A stretch of DNA of 64,000 nt from Eledone cirrhosa (Eukaryota): the NCBI GenBank assembly GCA_964016885.1, contig OZ024740.1, positions 164,362,001 through 164,426,000 of the forward strand, given 5' to 3'. The notes below the pieces were generated by a model that was given only the letters and a program-made list of their open reading frames with translations, did not search any database and was not told the origin of the DNA. Below, in pieces: positions 61,090 to 64,000 of this stretch (its first letter is position 1; every line of letters begins with the position of its first letter). The translations under genes were made by a program, and so were the position numbers.

Positions 61090-61276
61090 TAATTGTTTCT
61101 ACTTTTGGCACAAGGCCAGAAATTACCCAGTACATTACTGGTACTTTATTTTATATGCCGTAAGGATGAAAGGTAAAGTTAACCTCGGCGGGATTTGAAC
61201 TCAGTCCGTAAAGGGACGTAACTCTATGCTGAAAGCATGGTGTCTGACTCTCTACCAATACTGCCAAAACACCGCA
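61090..61276 (-). mobile_element. SINE copy, full length, AAT-like flanks
   Basis: Collinear with 7303-7488; 5' flank ATAATAGTAATAAT. Confidence 0.85.
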
Positions 61277-61430
61277 TAATAGTAATAATTCCTAACAAAT
61301 ATAGAAGGTTATACTACTATATCAACCGGAGTGCGTAACTGGTACGTATTTTATAGGCCCCCGTGTTGATGAATCCCCATTTCTACCATTTCAATGTGGC
61401 AAATACTGCCAAATACTTTACACACATACG

Positions 61431-61542
<112 letters not shown>

Positions 61543-61789
61543 AAACGTTTGCGCAGATATTACAGTACACACATTCAAACTTACATTCACTCACATACAA
61601 ACAAATCCACAATCACACACCACACGGGTATACGCATAAACTTACACAAACTTTGATTCTTTACACAATAAACTTTTAGAAAACGCACACATTTAAATAT
61701 ACACATCCACTTACACATAAAATCGCAAAAAATGCACACACATTTCACTTAGCGTTCCAATTTTCGTTACCAAGACTACCTAAAGGTTT

Positions 61790-61894
61790 GTCTTGTTTGC
61801 CGAGGTTAACGTTGCTTTTCATGCCTACAGGGTCGATAAAATAAAGCACCACTCGGATAATTGCTGGCCTTGTTCCAAAAATAGAAACAATTAT
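61790..61894 (+). mobile_element. SINE 3' half
   Basis: GCCGAGGTTAAC...AATTGCTGGCCTTGTTCCAAAAATAGAAACAATTATT. Confidence 0.75.
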
Positions 61895-62261
61895 TTTCGT
61901 TATCTATCCTTTGTGATCTTGTCTCTTGATGAAGGGCTAAAGCCCGACACGTCGAACTTCCTTTCCCTTTTTCCATATGAAGCCTGAAACTATATGAGGG
62001 TTTGTATCCATGTTTTGTCGTTTCCTTGAACTATATATATATTGTGTCATTACCACGCACGTCACTACTCAATAAACGTAATGAAGACATAATAAATCGT
62101 CCTTTTATTATTATAATTACACTCTGTTTAGTTCTACACCTCATTACTTACTGGAAACAACCTATCGAGTACTCACTCTGGTTTCATATTACCCACTCTT
62201 CTGCCCCAAGTATCGAGTACTCAGGTGGGTTGTGGTCCACCTGATATTTTACCACACCCTA

Positions 62262-62343
<82 letters not shown>

Positions 62344-62849
62344 ATACTTTGGGAGCGTCATATTGTTGTAATAATATTGCCAGAATTAATAACAGAACAC
62401 ACTCACTGTTTGGTTCGTTTTCGCTTCTGTATCTTTTATATCAGTTAATTTATTCGGTCCTCAATGTTTACTATTGACTGACCAACGGTCAAAAACACAG
62501 ATATAATATACACAAACACATATATATAGTCTAACAAAGTTCTTTCGTTGCACATCTGCAACATCGTCAGTGGTGCTATTATGTTTCGTCCTGTTGAATT
62601 GTATTCTACGCCATCAAAAACAAGAAACATAATAATAAAAGTAACAACCACAATGGTAGAAATAACAGTAACAACAACAATAGCAATAGAGAAAACAACA
62701 CCAATATATCTAACAATCATAACAACAATACATCTAGCAATCAAAACAATAATAATAATGTTAATGATAGGAAAAACAACAACCACCATAATAACAATTA
62801 TAGCAACACACACACCTATGACGATAGACATAATGACAACCCCTTAGAG

Positions 62850-64000
62850 AAACTATTCTTCAATCCAGCTGACAAAACATATCAGATGGGTAACATTTAT
62901 CCTACGAAGTTACCCTTTAATAAAAGGGTTTGTATACCACAACAAATAGATGACGAGACAGAGGCACAGTTCACCATAGCTAGAAATAAGATTAGACAAA
63001 TAGTAGACCAATATACTAAGAGACAAAGCAGACCAGAGGTCCAACAACCTGGAAGGAAACCTGTAGAACGCTTAGTTAGCCTCAAGCAGCGCACAAGGGA
63101 TGGTGAGGTAGTATGTCTACCCACGGATAAGTCTGGTAGGATGTCAATAGACAGCATGCCGAACTACATCAAGGCTATGCAACCCCACATACCAACACGA
63201 GCGAAATTACACAGCAAATACATGAGGGGAAGAGAGATCTTCAACGCTCACATGATGATGTGGACCGACATCCTAAAGCCAAGCAGACGCACTGCCAACA
63301 ACTTCCAGGCATCTAACAATGACATACCACCATTGTATGGACTCCGCAAAGACCATAAGACAGTCGAAGACCCGACAACAGGACCACCAACAAGACCTGT
63401 ATGCGGGGCCAATATCGCTAGCAACTACAGGATCTCCTACTTCCTCTCAATGGTTATACGCCCCATAATCAAGATGTCCCCCAGATGCATGTGACAGTAC
63501 AGAGGTCCTCCTCAGCAGAATCAGTGAGTACAAAAAAAAACCTATCCAACTGCATAATAGGCAGTATGGATGTGGTATGACTATACCCATCCATTAACAT
63601 TGATTTTGCTGTGGAAAAATGTGTGGAGATGATCATTGTGAGTGAGGTGGAGTTCTGCGACGTCGACACAGACGAACTGGGCCTCCTACTTAGATTTACC
63701 TATGACACTGACTACCTAGACAGCCATGATCTTAGCAGTTTCTTCCCCAGTAGTGCCATAAGAGGTAGACCCCCACCATAACCTCAATGTCAAAAAAGAC
63801 TCTCATGGGAAGGTGGATTGGGTGGACCAAAGCCATACGGACCCCCAAAAACAATGATCAGGTAAGAAAAATGGTCGCACATGCAATAGGGGCTAGTATT
63901 AAAACTACCCTAAAGGGCCACATATTCAAATTCAACGAGAATATCTACACCAAAAATGAGGATCAGCCATTGGCGTCAGCATAGCTGGTGACGTTGCCAA
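62850..64000 (+). mobile_element. Penelope-like element reverse transcriptase pseudogene, runs off the window
   Basis: PTDKSG, IPPLYGLRKDHK, PTRPVCG, then after a frameshift IIGSMDVV*LYPSI (RT motif A) and HIFKFNENIY. Confidence 0.8.

Noticed and set aside
61924-61955. Hammerhead-like TTGATGA-GGGC/GCCC-GACA, and a similar motif at 44906-44930
   Set aside because: Two or more core positions are mutated; probable remnants, not called.
63578-63580. TGA in PLE RT motif A as recoding
   Set aside because: Not a Cys position, and the copy has several frameshifts.

Overview
Eukaryotic, gene-free, microsatellite-rich DNA. The SINE family and simple-repeat load point to an octopod cephalopod (inference). 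No host protein-coding gene, rRNA, true tRNA or CRISPR array is supported. 1.5-27.5 kb is a nested retrotransposon array built on one (AAT/ATT)n microsatellite. It holds four L1/Tx1-clade LINEs on the minus strand (one decayed, one 3' stub, one with both ORFs intact, one with intact ORF2 and broken ORF1), two R4/Dong-clade RLE LINEs on the plus strand, an older RLE fragment and several tRNA-derived SINEs. 28-64 kb is AT-rich, with Penelope-like remnants, many fold-back palindromes at (TA)n tracts that carry minimal hammerhead ribozymes, a deleted mariner, a decayed hAT/Buster transposon and an RTE fragment. Most notable: (1) all three Tx1 lineages keep a G|GTAAGT splice donor at the ORF1 stop, with one candidate acceptor that would fuse ORF1 to ORF2 in frame and another that would remove ORF2 as an intron; (2) ORF1/5'UTR modules differ in front of a 97%-identical ORF2; (3) the SINE tail matches the 3'UTR of an RLE LINE; (4) two hammerheads carry ~100-nt stem II expansions. 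All functional claims are inferences from sequence only.
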